From positions 10,292,001 to 10,356,000 of the forward strand of contig NC_043004.1 of the NCBI RefSeq assembly GCF_006345805.1: 64,000 nucleotides of DNA, read 5' to 3'. The DNA comes from Octopus sinensis. Lineage: Eukaryota. Below are positions 1 through 13,279 of the stretch, piece by piece (position 1 is the first letter of the stretch; the number at the start of each line of letters is the position of its first letter). The translations under genes were made by a program, and so were the position numbers. The notes under the pieces were generated by a model that saw only the letters and a list, made by a program, of their open reading frames with translations, was not told where the DNA came from and did no database searches.

Positions 1-157
1 CAATCCGACCAGCCCCCAAGGAAAAAGCTAAGCTACGAGCATTAGATTTCTTGGGAAAAGGATCGAATGTATACGAAACAAGGACAGAAAAACGGACGAT
101 GCCACACGAATATAAATACAAAAAAACAATAATAATAATAACAGGACAAAAACAACA

Positions 158-158
158 C

Positions 159-205
<47 letters not shown>

Positions 206-275
206 TGTATGTATGTATGTATGTATGTATGTATGTATGCATGTATGTATGTATGTATGTATGTATGTATGTATA
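158..275. repeat. (TA)n/(TATG)n compound microsatellite
   Basis: Directly visible. It produces the MYVC/HTYI pseudo-ORFs. Confidence 0.95.
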
Positions 276-920
276 TAAAGTGACTAAGGGTACTAGTTAG
301 GACCAGTATTGCTAAAAATAAGTCAAAACAACTCATAGCCACGAGAAAGTACTTATCTTATGACTGACAACGGACGCATGCTCCCTAAGGATCCGGGATA
401 TAGCCAGATCACCAGTGATTTCGCATTTGATTAATGGTCGTCGGAGGCTCTTACCCGACTGCTTAGGGTTAAGCACATCGCCACGACCTTCGTATCCAGC
501 TACGCGATCTAAGAAATTTAATTGATTTTAATAGATTCAATGTCACTGAAAATTTCAATTCGATCTCTAATAACACTATGTGACCTTCCTTGACAAACTG
601 TAGCTCAGTTTTTCAGTAGCAATCTTCGACTTCGTGCATCTCTCCATTCGACTACCTGAATTCCACGTGGTAGGTTCCTGTAAGGAGTCGACGAAACTTC
701 AAGTAGCACACGGCTGAATCAAACTTTGATTGGAGTTACATATATAACTCTATCAAATGTATTGTGTGCCTCTTTCTTTCGTTTTTCCTTTCACTCGTAG
801 CATATAAATGCGTATTTCGGTGTATGAATATAAGTAATATATTAATCGTACAATTACATATTTATATAATTTTTTCTGCATATAATTACTGCATAGATTT
901 TTACATATGTTTATTAAATA

Positions 921-1070
921 GGCGCAGAAGTGGCTGTGTGGTAAGAAACTACATGGTTCCGGGTTCAGTTCCACTTCATGGCAACTTGGGCAAGCGCCTT
1001 CTACTATAGCCTAGGGCCGACCAAAGCATTGTGAGTGGATTTGGTAGACGAAAACCGAAAGAAGCCCGTC

Positions 1071-1071
<1 letters not shown>
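921..1071 (+). mobile_element. tRNA-derived SINE family A (ggcgcaggagtggctgtgtggtaag... type), 5' half
   Basis: A-box/B-box-like head, then gtggatttggtagacg(g)aaac..aaagaagcccgtcg. More than 10 related copies occur in the window. Confidence 0.85.
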
Positions 1072-1100
<29 letters not shown>

Positions 1101-1103
<3 letters not shown>

Positions 1104-1797
1104 CAATGAAAAATTGTATAAATGCAGAATGCTCGATTGAAAGAAAATTCTAATGAATTGAGAAAATGAAAAAATATAGAAATATATATTTATTCAAACC
1201 GGTTTTCGTCATAGTTTGACTTATCAAGAATAGTTAGGTGAAAAGGTTGTTTTAAAAATGAGAAAGGGGAAAAAAAGTTGCATTGTTTTTTGCAAAAGAA
1301 TAATAGTAGTAAATATGTATAAAAATTAATAGTAGTAAATATGTATAAAAATTAAAAATTAAGTACTCCGATACATTGTGAGTTCGTTGTGTATCTTGAG
1401 TTTAATGATAGTTCATGAAAAAATTACCTTGAGGTATTAGGATCCAATGGGATTAAGGCCATGTGTTGTTTGGTTTAATTTAGGATGTTGGCAAAACAGG
1501 AAGTAGTAGTAATTGTGGTTCTTCAGTTCCTGTGTTGTGAATAAGGGGAGACAACTCTTTTGAGTTCTTAAATAAAAGCTGCTGATAAACCCCAAATTAT
1601 AAAATTGTCATTTTAGCTTCATTTGCATTATCTTTTTTATATAATTGTTTGTTAATTTAACTTTCAGATTTTAACACTTTATTTATATTATTTTCTAATT
1701 ATATAAATTTGCATAGACAATTGCATTTCAGATTATTATATCATAAATAATAAAGATGATGGTAATAACAACAATAGTAAAAATGATATTTAAAGAG
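1101..1797 (-). repeat. Inverted copy of Penelope 3' UTR/pLTR (697 bp)
   Basis: Reverse complement of 3301-3996. I see only about 2 substitutions, and both arms share an internal 27-bp tandem duplication. Confidence 0.95.
1191..1232 (-). ncRNA. Same hammerhead in the inverted pLTR
   Basis: Exact reverse complement of 3865-3906. Confidence 0.75.
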
Positions 1798-2280
1798 AAA
1801 ACAGTTAACGAGGAGACACTCCTGGTATCCTTTGATGTCATCAACCTCTACACCAACATCCCACATGAGTATGGTATAGAGGCAATTGACTTCTGGCTAG
1901 AAAAACACCCAGAGACATTCCCTTTTATTACAGAATCTCTCAAGTTCATTCTGACCAACAATTTTTTTCTCTTCGACGACACGCACTACCGTCAAAAATG
2001 TGGTATTGCGATGGGTACCAAGGCTGCACCAGTCCTTGCGAACCTCATAATGGGTTTCTTCGAACTATCACTCTATGAAATATCACGCCAGAAATTTGGA
2101 CATGTTTTCCACACCTACCTAAAGGAAAACTGGAAAAGGTATTTGGATGATTGTTTCATCATATGGAAAGAACCTTATGAAAAACTCCTGGAATTCAAAA
2201 CCATACTAAACAACATACATCCCAACATCCAATTCACTATGGGATTAAGCAAACATCATCTACCATTCTTGATCTCCTAA
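1798..2280 (+). pseudogene. Penelope reverse transcriptase, C-terminal half
   Basis: LVSFDVINLYTNIP, GIAMGTKAAPVLANL, RYLDDCFII, HPNIQFT, LPFL(D). The ATG at 1756 lies in the inverted UTR and is not a real start. Confidence 0.92.
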
Positions 2281-3207
2281 TTATAAAAACACCTAAGAAC
2301 CAAATCATAACAGACATCTACCACAACCCACAGACTCACAACAATACCTCCTCTTTAGTTCATGCCACCCAAAACACACCAAGACAATATCCCTTTCAAT
2401 TTGGCTAAAAGGGTATGCACCATTGTCTCGGATCCAAAAACACGAGAAATACGCCTTCAAGACCTCAAAAAAACACTATTACAACGCCAATATCCCTCCA
2501 CCCTTATAGAGTATGGAATAAAACGCGCCAAAGAACTAGATAACATTACACTGAAAACTACCCAACCTAACACCACACACAACCTCAAAATACTTCCATA
2601 CATTTCCACCCACAACCCCAAAAATATCGAAGCATACACCACAATCATACAAAACCTCAGTCTACTGTCAACAGACCCCAAAATGAAAAACATTATAAAT
2701 ACACACAAAATTCTCAAATGTAAAAGGCAACACAAATCTTTAAAAAAACTCTTGACAAATGCCAAACTTCACACACCACATCCACACCCAGCAGTAAAAA
2801 AATGTGCACGCCCAAACTGTGGGACATGCCCCCTCCTACTTGAAGGTTCTGAATTTACCTTCAAACAAGGTACGAAGTTTAAAATCAAGACTAACTTCTC
2901 CTGTTCCTCCGAGAACCTTATCTACGTTCTCACATGCGCTGGTTGCCAACATAATTATGTTGGACAAACGAGTCTCCCGTTACGTAAACGAGTAGCGGTG
3001 CATAAAGAACAAATAAATCTCCCGGAATACCGACAAATTCCACTGAGTGGCCACATAGACTCATGCGCTAAAGACTTAAACCCCAAATTCTATATATTCC
3101 CCTTCTACCAATGTAAAGACGGCATCACCACACAGGAGAGAATTAACAAGGAGAATCTCTTTATTGAAAAATTCCAAACACAACTTAACATACAAACTCC
3201 TCGTTGA
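2281..3207 (+). pseudogene. Penelope RT thumb/linker plus GIY-YIG endonuclease
   Basis: TDIYH(K)PTDSQQYLLFSSCHP across 1-nt shifts, NIPFNLAKR, CARPNCGTC, NLIYVLTCAGCQHNYVGQT..LRKR..H, then a stop at 3207. Confidence 0.92.
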
Positions 3208-3864
3208 TCAAACTTCCCTTTTCTACTTCATTCTTCATGGATGGACTCACACAAATATATAAGGATACCATAGATTCATCACTTCAAGCAATAACTTATA
3301 CTCTTTAAATATCATTTTTACTATTGTTGTTATTACCATCATCTTTATTATTTATGATATAATAATCTGAAATGCAATTGTCTATGCAAATTTATATAAT
3401 TAGAAAATAATATAAATAAAGTGTTAAAATCTGAAAGTTAAATTAACAAACAATTATATAAAAAAGATAATGCAAATGAAGCTAAAATGACAATTTTATA
3501 ATTTGGGGTTTATCAGCAGCTTTTATTTAAGAACTCAAAAGAGTTGTCTCCCCTTATTCACAACACAGGAACTGAAGAACCACAATTACTACTACTTCCT
3601 GTTTTGCCAACATCCTAAATTAAACCAAACAACACATGGCCTTAATCCCATTGGATCCTAATACCTCAAGGTAATTTTTTCATGAACAATCATTAAACTC
3701 AAGATACACAACGAACTCACAATGTATCGGAGTACTTAATTTTTAATTTTTATACATATTTACTACTATTAATTTTTATACATATTTACTACTATTATTC
3801 TTTTGCAAAAAACAATGCAACTTTTTTTCCCCTTTCTCATTTTTAAAAAACCTTTTCACCTAAC

Positions 3865-3906
3865 TATTCTTGATAAGTCAAACTATGACGAAAACCGGTT
3901 TGAATA
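3865..3906 (+). ncRNA. Minimal type I hammerhead ribozyme (U3-A8 core variant)
   Basis: tattc-TTGATAA-gtca(aacta)tgac-GAAA-accggt-TT-gaata. Stems I, II and a palindromic stem III all pair. Confidence 0.75.
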
Positions 3907-4038
3907 AATATATATTTCTATATTTTTTCATTTTCTCAATTCATTAGAATTTTCTTTCAATCGAGCATTCTGCATTTATACAATTTTTCATTGCTTATCA
4001 TTTCTCCACGTGCAGTCAACACAACCTCACCATTTATT

Positions 4039-4086
<48 letters not shown>

Positions 4087-4092
4087 ATATAT

Positions 4093-4124
<32 letters not shown>

Positions 4125-4129
4125 AACAT

Positions 4130-4747
4130 AATAAATAATATTAGGGTAATAAGAATTATAGAAATTATTATTACCAGTGTCCTAGCACAAAAAAAATAGT
4201 CAATAAACTATATATTATTCACATAAAAGTATCGTGTACATTAGAAAACATTAAGAGGCTTCCAAATAGGAAAACCTTGTGCTAGAAAGAGCACTAGAAA
4301 ACTCAAACCACTAATTATGGATACATTCTCGAAAGGATTGAAAATTAAAAACGTTTACCATCTAATTTAGTTCCTAGATCATGGTTTCTAACTCATTCCA
4401 GTAAAAAAATATTTACTAAGGCTACTTTTCGTCAGTAGGGAGCCTTCAGATTTCAAATATACACACGACTAGATTCGCATGTAAACTAGTTGCCTGTATA
4501 TCCTAATTTTTCAAAACAACCGGCGACAGAGAGGATGCCGGTAAAAATTAGAAGAAATCTATCAAAAATATTAATCATAAATTACATAGTAAATTAAACA
4601 TAAATTAGATGGTAAACGTTTTTAATTTTCAATCCTTTCGAGTATTTATCCATAATTAGTGGTTTGAGTTTTCTACTGCTCTTTCTAGCACAAGGCTTTC
4701 CTATTTGGAAGCCTCTTAATGTGTTCTAATGTACACGATACTTTTAT
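4130..4747 (-). mobile_element. Non-coding fold-back element, family F1
   Basis: Arms of about 146 bp at 4223-4369 and 4601-4747. The terminus is homologous to 25075-25185, and it sits in (TA)n. Confidence 0.7.
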
Positions 4748-4767
4748 CTAAATATATATATATATAG

Positions 4768-4799
<32 letters not shown>

Positions 4800-4913
4800 T
4801 TGTTGTTTGTATCTGTGTTTGTCCCCCCCTCCATCGCTTGACAACTGATGTTGGTGTGTTTGCGTCCCGGTCATTTAACAACTAATAACATACTGGTGTA
4901 TCTATTTGTTTCT

Positions 4914-4993
4914 GCCTCTGACGAGATTCTGCTTTATAAAATGATTTATTACAATTATATTCTTTAAAGTAAGAATCGAAACAGCTGTTAGAG
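4914..4993 (+). ncRNA. Hammerhead-like motif in a Penelope-type 3' end (about 4890-5060)
   Basis: CTGACGA-gattct...agaatc-GAAA-cagctg-TT-agag. Stem II is long and stem I is partly mutated. An AATAAA and (TA)n follow. Confidence 0.6.
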
Positions 4994-5170
4994 ATCACCT
5001 TTTGGCAGTTAATAAATATACTTATTAATTGACGTATCTCCATTTTCTTATTTTTCTTATATATATATATATAAGGCTTTGATCAGCCCGAGGCTATAAT
5101 AGAAAATACCTGCCCAAGGTGCGGCGTTGTGCAATGGAACTCAAAACCGTGTGGTTGAGAAATCAACTTC

Positions 5171-6040
5171 TTATTTCTTCATTGCCCACAAGGAGCTAAA
5201 CAGAGACGGGACAAACAAGGACAGACAAAGGGATTAAGTCAACTACATCGAACCCAGTGCGTAACTGGTACTTAATTTATCGACCCCGAAAGGATGAAAG
5301 ACAAAGTCGACCTCGGTGGAATTTGAACTCAGAACGTAACAGCAGACGAAATACTGCTACGCATTTCGCCCGGCGTGCTAACGTTTCTTCAAGCTCGTGC
5401 TAACGTTTTTTTTTTACTTTTTTACTGCCCACCAGGGGCTACACATAGAGAGGACAAACAAAGACAGACAAACGGATTAAGCCGATTACATCGACCCCAG
5501 TGCGTAACTGGTACTTAATTTATCGACCCCGAAAGTATGAAAGACAAAGTCGACCTCGGCGGAATTTAAACTCAGAACGTAATAGCAAACGAAATGCCCA
5601 TTTCTTTACTGCCCACAAGGGGCTACACAGAGTGGGGAGAAACAAGGACAGAGAAAATGGATTAAGTCGATTACATCGACCCCAGTGCGTAACTGGTACT
5701 CATTTAATCGACCCCGAAAGGATGAAAGGCAAAGTCGACCTCGGCGGAATTTGAACGCGGAAGGTAACGACAGACGAAATACCTATTTCTTTATTACCCA
5801 CAAGGGGCTGAACACAGAGGGGACAAACATGGACAGACATAGGTATTAAGTCGATTATATCGACCCCAGTGCTTAACTGGTACTTAATTTATCGACCCCG
5901 AAAGGATGAAAGGCAAAGTCGACCTCGGCGGAATTGGTCGACTTTGCCTTTCGACCTCGGCGGAATTTGAACGCGGAAGGTAACGACAGACGAAATACCG
6001 CTAAGCATTTCGCCCGGCATGCTAACGTTTCTGCCAACTT
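5171..6040 (-). mobile_element. tRNA-derived SINE family B: a monomer plus a trimer
   Basis: Head gcatttcgcccggc.tgctaacg (reverse), and core ggtcgactttgcctttcatcctttcggggtcgataaattaagtaccag repeated in tandem. Confidence 0.9.
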
Positions 6041-6729
6041 CTTCCCACGCAACCATGCCCGCACCTTTGTATAAAGATTTCGCTGGTTATGCATTTCGTT
6101 GAACAGCTAGTTAGGCTACATACAGTTCGGAAGAAATGAAAAACTTCAGGCATGCATTTACAATAATGTAAATATGAATATAAGTAACATGTTTATTCAA
6201 ATTTATAAACGTATTAGAGCGTGTTTATATAAAAGGAGCGGGTACCTTGTTTATATATAAAGTGGTTTATCTGATATTTCTGCTCCTTATATCTTCGCAT
6301 ATCTTTCAATATCTCTGCACGATTTAACACATGCATGCTCATCACATGATATTCAATGCGTATGAGAGCTAAATCTATGTGTGTATGGGGGTGGGTAAGG
6401 GAGGTCTCTGAGCGTGTGGAGGTCCGTGTATGCGTGTGTGTGTGTGTGTGTGTGTGTGTTTGTGAGTGAATTTGTATGTCTGTATGTCTAAATGTGTGTG
6501 TATTGGTCGCACGTCAATATATGCGTATGCAATATGCATCCAAATGAAATGCTTACTTTGGTGCACTCACGTGCATGTTTACGGATATGCACATAAAGCA
6601 TTATTGCTTATCTACTTCCACATATACACTCACATATCGCACAAAAACACACACACACTCATATATCATATAAAATATATACTTACATTATACACACACA
6701 CACAAACACACGCACACACACACACACAT

Positions 6730-6838
6730 ATATATATGTATATATATTTATATATAATATATATTTATATCTATACATACATATATACATTTATATATAT
6801 ATATATAATATATATATATATCTATACATATATATATA

Positions 6839-6899
<61 letters not shown>

Positions 6900-6990
6900 G
6901 TATATATATTTATATCTATACATACATATATACATGCATACATATTTACATATATATATGTATATGTGTAAGTGTGTGTGTGTGTATACT
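6730..6990. repeat. Long (TA)n-rich microsatellite block
   Basis: Directly visible. Confidence 0.95.
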
Positions 6991-7690
6991 TAAGAATGAG
7001 GTGTTGTTAAACGCTCTAACATTTAAGTTCTAACACATTACTACAAACACTACCCAAATCACACAATCTCTCTCATTATACAAGCATATACAACACAACT
7101 CATAGACCCACATACACACACACACAAACGCACACACTCATATGCATACTCACGAACACACACACGCGCACACAAACACACACACATGCATACTCACAAA
7201 CACACACACACACACGCAGAAATAATGAATTCAAAATCGCATAGACATATGTTTGTAAAACATTAGTCTAAAGTAAAAGGCGTTACTTAAGAAAATACAC
7301 AAACGAACATAGCACATATAATCTTGACTACATCTTCTCTTCTTCTTCTCACCTGCTCTCTTTCCCAACACAACTGTATTTGCTTAGAAACATATAATTC
7401 CCTGTATCATGGGTATTGAAAGTTTGAAATGGAAAGGCCATTAGTCGACATTTTATCAACTTGTCTCTCACAGAGCTTTCTCCTTCTTAAACATGGCTTT
7501 CACCACTTTAATCTTTATCCCTCTTAACTCCTTCGAGATTTTAGCAGATAAGAAATATCATCAGTGGTCGTCTACACACCAATATTTAGCTTAAGCAACA
7601 CGACCGCCACCACGCTTCGGTACATTCGTATGTGTTTCAGAGAGACAATGTACATACAAATATATAAATACATACATAATATATATAATA

Positions 7691-7728
<38 letters not shown>

Positions 7729-7821
7729 TATATATATACACATACATATGTATATGCACACATATATATAAATATACAATATATATACCTATATGTATAT
7801 ATGCATATCTATCTATCTATA

Positions 7822-7878
<57 letters not shown>

Positions 7879-7895
7879 GTCTGTCTGTCAGTCTA

Positions 7896-7930
<35 letters not shown>

Positions 7931-8056
7931 GTGTGTGGGGGGGGGTGCGCGCGTTGTGTATGTGTGGATACATGCATGCATATATACATACATGCATATA
8001 TACATACATACATGTATACATACACATTTACATGCATATATACACACAGAGACACG

Positions 8057-8089
<33 letters not shown>

Positions 8090-8231
8090 GAGTTGTATTC
8101 CTATCCAGAAGAACCAAGGTGGCAGGTAATGTTATGTAAGTGCTATGGAAGGACTGTAGTTAAACTCTCGGTTCGATAATGATACGAGTGAGGAGTCTAA
8201 TGCAGGTCTTGTATGAGCATGTATATGTTAA

Positions 8232-8945
8232 ATAAAATAAGTCAACAAAGCCAAGGCTGAGTGGAGTTTTCAGGATATTTATAAAGAGAAAGTTAGTCTT
8301 ACAGCTGTTTCTGGGATATCAGGGATTTCCATTCATCAAAGACGATGTGAGATGGTTAAATAGAGGGAAATATTAGAGTTCAATATAGGAATTATTTTTG
8401 AAAAGGAATCAAATAAGGAGTATATAGGAAATAGAATGAATGTAAAATTAAAATTATAAATGTATCAAGAAGTTATAGTTGCAGCAAGGTAGTGTGTAGA
8501 AGTGGAATAAATGCTTCCTGTCCATGGTATGTAAATTTTAATAGGAGTTCATATTTTGTCATCACAAATGGAAAGTGTGCAGACGTAGATTCCATGTACT
8601 GTTCATTCAAAGGAGTCTTGTGGTGGGAATGAATATCTCAGATTGAAGTGGTAGTATTAAGTGGATAGAGAAGGGAGAAGAGATGTGTATGTTAAAATGA
8701 AGAGAGAAGTCAAAGGATAATGTGAAAAACGAAGAAGAAAAGTAAGATGGAGTGAAAATGAAAGCAAGAAGAAAAAAATGAAAAAGTGTAAGAAAAATGA
8801 AAAAGGTGTGTTAGTGGTGGTCAAAATATTAAGATGGGGATGGGAGAGGAGTAGGGGAGGGTAGGAAGAGATATGAATGAAAGTAATGAATATGTGTGAG
8901 GTGGGGTGATATGTTAGAATGGTGAGGTGATATGTTAGAATGGTG
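8232..8945 (-). mobile_element. Penelope-type 3' end/pLTR fragment
   Basis: Diverged inverted homolog of 9150-9960. It contains a hammerhead about 60 nt from its 3' end. Confidence 0.7.
8296..8343 (-). ncRNA. Degenerate type I hammerhead
   Basis: gtct-TTGATGA-a-stem II-GAAA-cagctg-TA-agac. Confidence 0.6.
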
Positions 8946-9149
8946 AGAATGCATATGTGTATGTGTATATATATGCATGCATACAGGTTAAAATACACAA
9001 ACACGCAAGCCTATATAATAATGCATACTCACACACATATGTACACGTGTGCGTGCGTATATCAATATACACTTCTTTCTTTCTCTCTGATTTCTTCATC
9101 CACACTATCACATTAGCCAGTAGACTAAACACTTAAGTCTATTTATAGA

Positions 9150-9960
9150 AACTTGACCATCTTTACCATTCTTCCCTTCCGTTTTGTGGCTTACTACTCA
9201 CTTTAGAACACCAGCGCCTACACCTTTTTCTGTACCCATCCCCTAACACTATTCTAACACATCACCCCACCTCACACATATTCATTACTTAATTCTTGTC
9301 TCTTCATACCCCTCCCATACTCATTTTCCACCCCCTCTTAATATCTCGACCACCAACACTATCTTTTTCATATTTTCTCACACTTTTCTTTTTTCATCTT
9401 GTTTTTAGTTTCTCTTACTCTTTCTGTCCTTTTTCGTTTCTCACCTTTTCCTTTGACCCCTCTCACTTCAATTTAACATACACATCTCTTCTCCCTTCTC
9501 CATCCACTTAATATTACCACTACATTCTCAAATATTCATTCACACCACAAGACTCCTTTGAATGAACAGCACATGGAATTTTCGTCTCCACATTTTCCAT
9601 TTGTAACGACAAAATATGAACTCCTATTGGAATTTACATACCGCGAACAAGAAGCATTTTTACCTCTTCTACGCACCACTTTTCTTGGATAATGGAACTG
9701 AAACTATAACATCTTTATACATTTTTATTTTTATTTCTACATTCATTCTCCTATTTCCCTATATACTCCTTATTTGCTTCCTTTTCCAAAATAATTCCTA
9801 TACTGAACTCTAATATTTCCCTCTATTTAACCATCTCACATTGTCTCTGATGAAGGGACATCCTTAATATTCTAGAAACTGCAGTAAGACTAACTTTCTC
9901 TTTATAAATGTCCTGAAAACTCCACACAACCTTGGCTTTGTTGTCTTATTTTATTTAACA
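9150..9960 (+). mobile_element. Penelope-type 3' end/pLTR fragment, same family as 8232-8945
   Basis: Collinear with the reverse complement of 8232-8945, and ends in (CA)n(TA)n. Confidence 0.7.
9843..9890 (+). ncRNA. Type I hammerhead
   Basis: gtct-CTGATGA-a-ggga...ttct-a-GAAA-ctgcag-TA-agac. The core is canonical and stem II is degenerate. Confidence 0.7.
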
Positions 9961-9962
9961 CA

Positions 9963-10043
<81 letters not shown>

Positions 10044-10046
<3 letters not shown>

Positions 10047-10320
10047 CAATAATAAAAGGGTAAAATTAATTAATTATTAATTAATTTTACCAAGTAGTGT
10101 TCAGTATGTAAAAAGACCATTTACGGTATATTCAAAACATTACGTTATATAATTAGGGTTCAGTAAAATAATTTACTTTACCACACACCGAACTTTTAGA
10201 AATGGTAGCCAAAAAGTCTTAGCTATTTCTTCTACTATAAGAAATAGCTAAGATTTTTTGGCTACTATTTCTAAAAGATCGGTGTGTGGTAAAGTAAATT
10301 ATTTTACTGAACCCTAATTA
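10044..10320 (-). mobile_element. Non-coding fold-back element, family F2
   Basis: Near-perfect arms of about 82 bp at 10150-10231 and 10239-10320. Homologous to 14736-14926, and abuts (TA)n. Confidence 0.8.
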
Positions 10321-11123
10321 GACCGAACGCACGCGTTATTTCTCTTCTCCAAGTTTTTATTTGAATCATCACGACGCGCACTCTTTGACCTTTCCTCCCT
10401 GCCTGTCTGTCTTTCTCTGTACTTGTCTCTCTCCTTCTTATTTTTCACCCTTTCTGGTTTCTTTCCTCTCTCTCTCTCTCTCTCTCTCTCCTCCTCCTCC
10501 TCCTTCTCCTGACCAGAGGGTTGCAAAAACTTTCAGCTTCGTCCTTCAACAAGTATAGATCGACTTCTGTCCTTCGTTAGCCGATTTCTCACATGCGTTC
10601 TAACTAATTTTTCCACCGTCCAGGCAAAAAAAGCCCTTATTGTCTGTTTCCTGTCCTGTTTCTTTATTGTACTGTTTTTTCTTCCTTTGTATTGTTTTTT
10701 TCTTCATTTGTATTGTTTTTTCTTCATTTGTATTGCTTTTAAGTCCTGTTTTTGTCACTTGCTTTACCCCTCTGCACAAGAATTTTATTTAATTCCTTTT
10801 GCAGGAAGGACTGCTTCAACTGTGTTCTGTCCTTACCTTCGAAACACACTTTGAGTCGAACCAGGGACAGCTGATGAAGGGGAATTTTCCTTGTATTGTT
10901 TGTCCTGTACTCTGTTTTTTCGTTGTTTAAAAAAAGTCCGTTTCCTTGTTTGATTTTATGTTCTCGTCTCTCGTTGTATTCTACGTTTATTTGTCGTGTC
11001 CTGTACTCATATATATATATATATATGCATGTATATATACATGTAGATGTAAGTATGTACATATATGTATGTATATATGCATATATTTTATTTATTTATT
11101 ATATATATATAGATATATATATA

Positions 11124-11154
<31 letters not shown>

Positions 11155-12043
11155 CTACACATATGTATTTGTATGTATGTGTGTTGTGTATGTGTGGTTA
11201 TATATATATATATATACATACATACATACACAACCGCACAAACACACACATTTATACACATATATAAATACATATATACACACATATACACACTTACATT
11301 TTAAATGAATGTGTTAGTGTATTGGTGTTTTTTCTATTCTACTTATATATGTGTGTGTATGAACGTATGTATGCGTGTAAGAATGCATGTGTGCGTATGA
11401 ATGTTTGTGTAATTATTTTTTCCTGTTGATTGGGGTTCAGATTTATTTCAACCGACCACTTGCTCAATTTTAAAGATGTAAAATAGATACAATAGCACAC
11501 ACACACACACACAGGTGTGTGTGTGAGTGTGTAACAGAAAGGTTGTCGTGTTCAATTATTCACTGTTTGAGTTTTGAAGCATTTTCACAGATTCCTATTG
11601 TCCCTTTAGCTTGATCATCTATAAAATATAAATTATGAAGTAATGTTCATTCATGCTTTGATCTGCAATAACACCTTATCCTATTGCTCGCGAAACCGTG
11701 TGAAAGAAACCTGAAACTGTATTATTGGTTATTATATTTAGAGTAACGTTCTCAGAAGTAAAAAACGAAAAACTGAGAAAAACGAATTGAAAACATATAT
11801 TGTTTCAATGTCTTCCAAGCTCTGATTATTTTCCACTGATAAGAAATGTTTCGCTTCGCATAATTCTAAAATTAGTTTAATTTATTTAGCGTGGATTTTG
11901 GCTTGTTTACGAATTCTAATAAGAAGGAAATGGCGCTATACATGATTGCCAAAAAACTAGAAATTTCAAAGATTTTAGTATTGAGTAAGCAAAGAAAAGC
12001 ATTAAATATGTATATTTCCTGCATCTTTATTCTTTGGTTTCAG

Positions 12044-12105
12044 ACTCGAACTACTAATCCCACCAAATGTTATGGAGGAAACGGTTATCTCCCTTACCAG
12101 GAACA
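12044..12105 (+). CDS. Candidate internal exon (LELLIPPNVMEETVISLTRN), resembling an Ig-domain linker
   Basis: Strong acceptor tttcctgcatctttattctttggtttcag and donor gtacgt. The peptide resembles the LxVxxPPxI motif. Inference only. Confidence 0.3.
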
Positions 12106-13032
12106 GTACGTGTTTGTAGCATAAGAATAAGAATTAATTTTAAAAGCCTTGAGATATATGAAATAACTAGGATTTTGTTTTTAAGTGGAACACGAAGTAG
12201 ATAAAACTGTAAACATTAACGTAAAGGGTGGACTGAAAAACAATTACATGAAAAAAAAATCCCGATACATGCTTTTTTAACGCAATACTCTACATGCATT
12301 TATAATTATATACACACATACACACACAGACTCACATATATTATATATAATACATACTATATATAATATATATTGTGTGACCATGTATCTCTCTGTGTGT
12401 GTATGTGTGTATGTGTGTGTGTGTGTATACGTATGCACGAGACAAACCACCGGACAACAACGATCTCCAAACTTTCGTCTTTACGCTAAGAAGAAGCGGA
12501 TTTATACTTAAGAACCTTCCAGTCATGGTCATCCGATTACTTTTGGAAGTACAGTGTATATGACAAAATGCTTTACAATGCGTCCTTTCTTTTTTAAAGG
12601 TTACGGTGCCATTTGGACATGATTTTTGGAGGTTTCCTCAGCAGTAGGGCTAACAGCAACGTAGGAGTCTTCTTGTTAGTAGGCTAAGAGCGGTCAGAAA
12701 ACAGTAGCTTTTAGGCGTTAACAATATCGTCTGCTTGCTTTGCATTCGTTTACTACTTTTCATTTTGTTATTCAAGTGGGGTTGCATGCGTGTGCATGCA
12801 ACACTTACGCAAGTATTGCATGCAGGCGCAAACGCAACCTGACTGCTGCACACGAATTTGCATGCACACATGCAAATATATTATAGCCAAGTATTAACAG
12901 TTTGTTATATTTCAAGAAACACACAAACGAACACACAGAAATATACAAACGCATTCAGAAACACATGTACACATAATACATACATACGTATATACATACA
13001 TACATACATACATACATACATACATACACTCA

Positions 13033-13040
13033 CACACACG

Positions 13041-13072
<32 letters not shown>

Positions 13073-13223
13073 TACACACACACACACACCACACATACAC
13101 CAATATGTAGGGAGAGTTTACGAAAAAACAAAACACGAGGACAAGTGGTGAACAAAACAAACAGATATATAACGCTCAGGAATAGAAAAAGTCTTTTACG
13201 TTTCGAGCCTACGCTATATAAAC

Positions 13224-13279
<56 letters not shown>

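Larger units (their letters stand above)
1101..4040 (+). mobile_element. Penelope-like retroelement, 5'-truncated, with inverted pseudo-LTR
   Basis: RT motifs, GIY-YIG domain, a 3' UTR duplicated in inverted orientation (1101-1797 vs 3301-3996), a hammerhead in the UTR, and (TA)n/(TC)n flanks. Confidence 0.93.

Noticed and set aside
1756-1797. N-terminus MMVITTIVKMIFKE of the RT ORF
   Set aside because: It lies in the inverted UTR copy, so the fusion is a by-product of the inversion.
10865-10900. CTGATGA-aggggaattttcctt as a hammerhead
   Set aside because: There is no GAAA or UH after the putative stem II. The surrounding 10330-10990 block remains unclassified.
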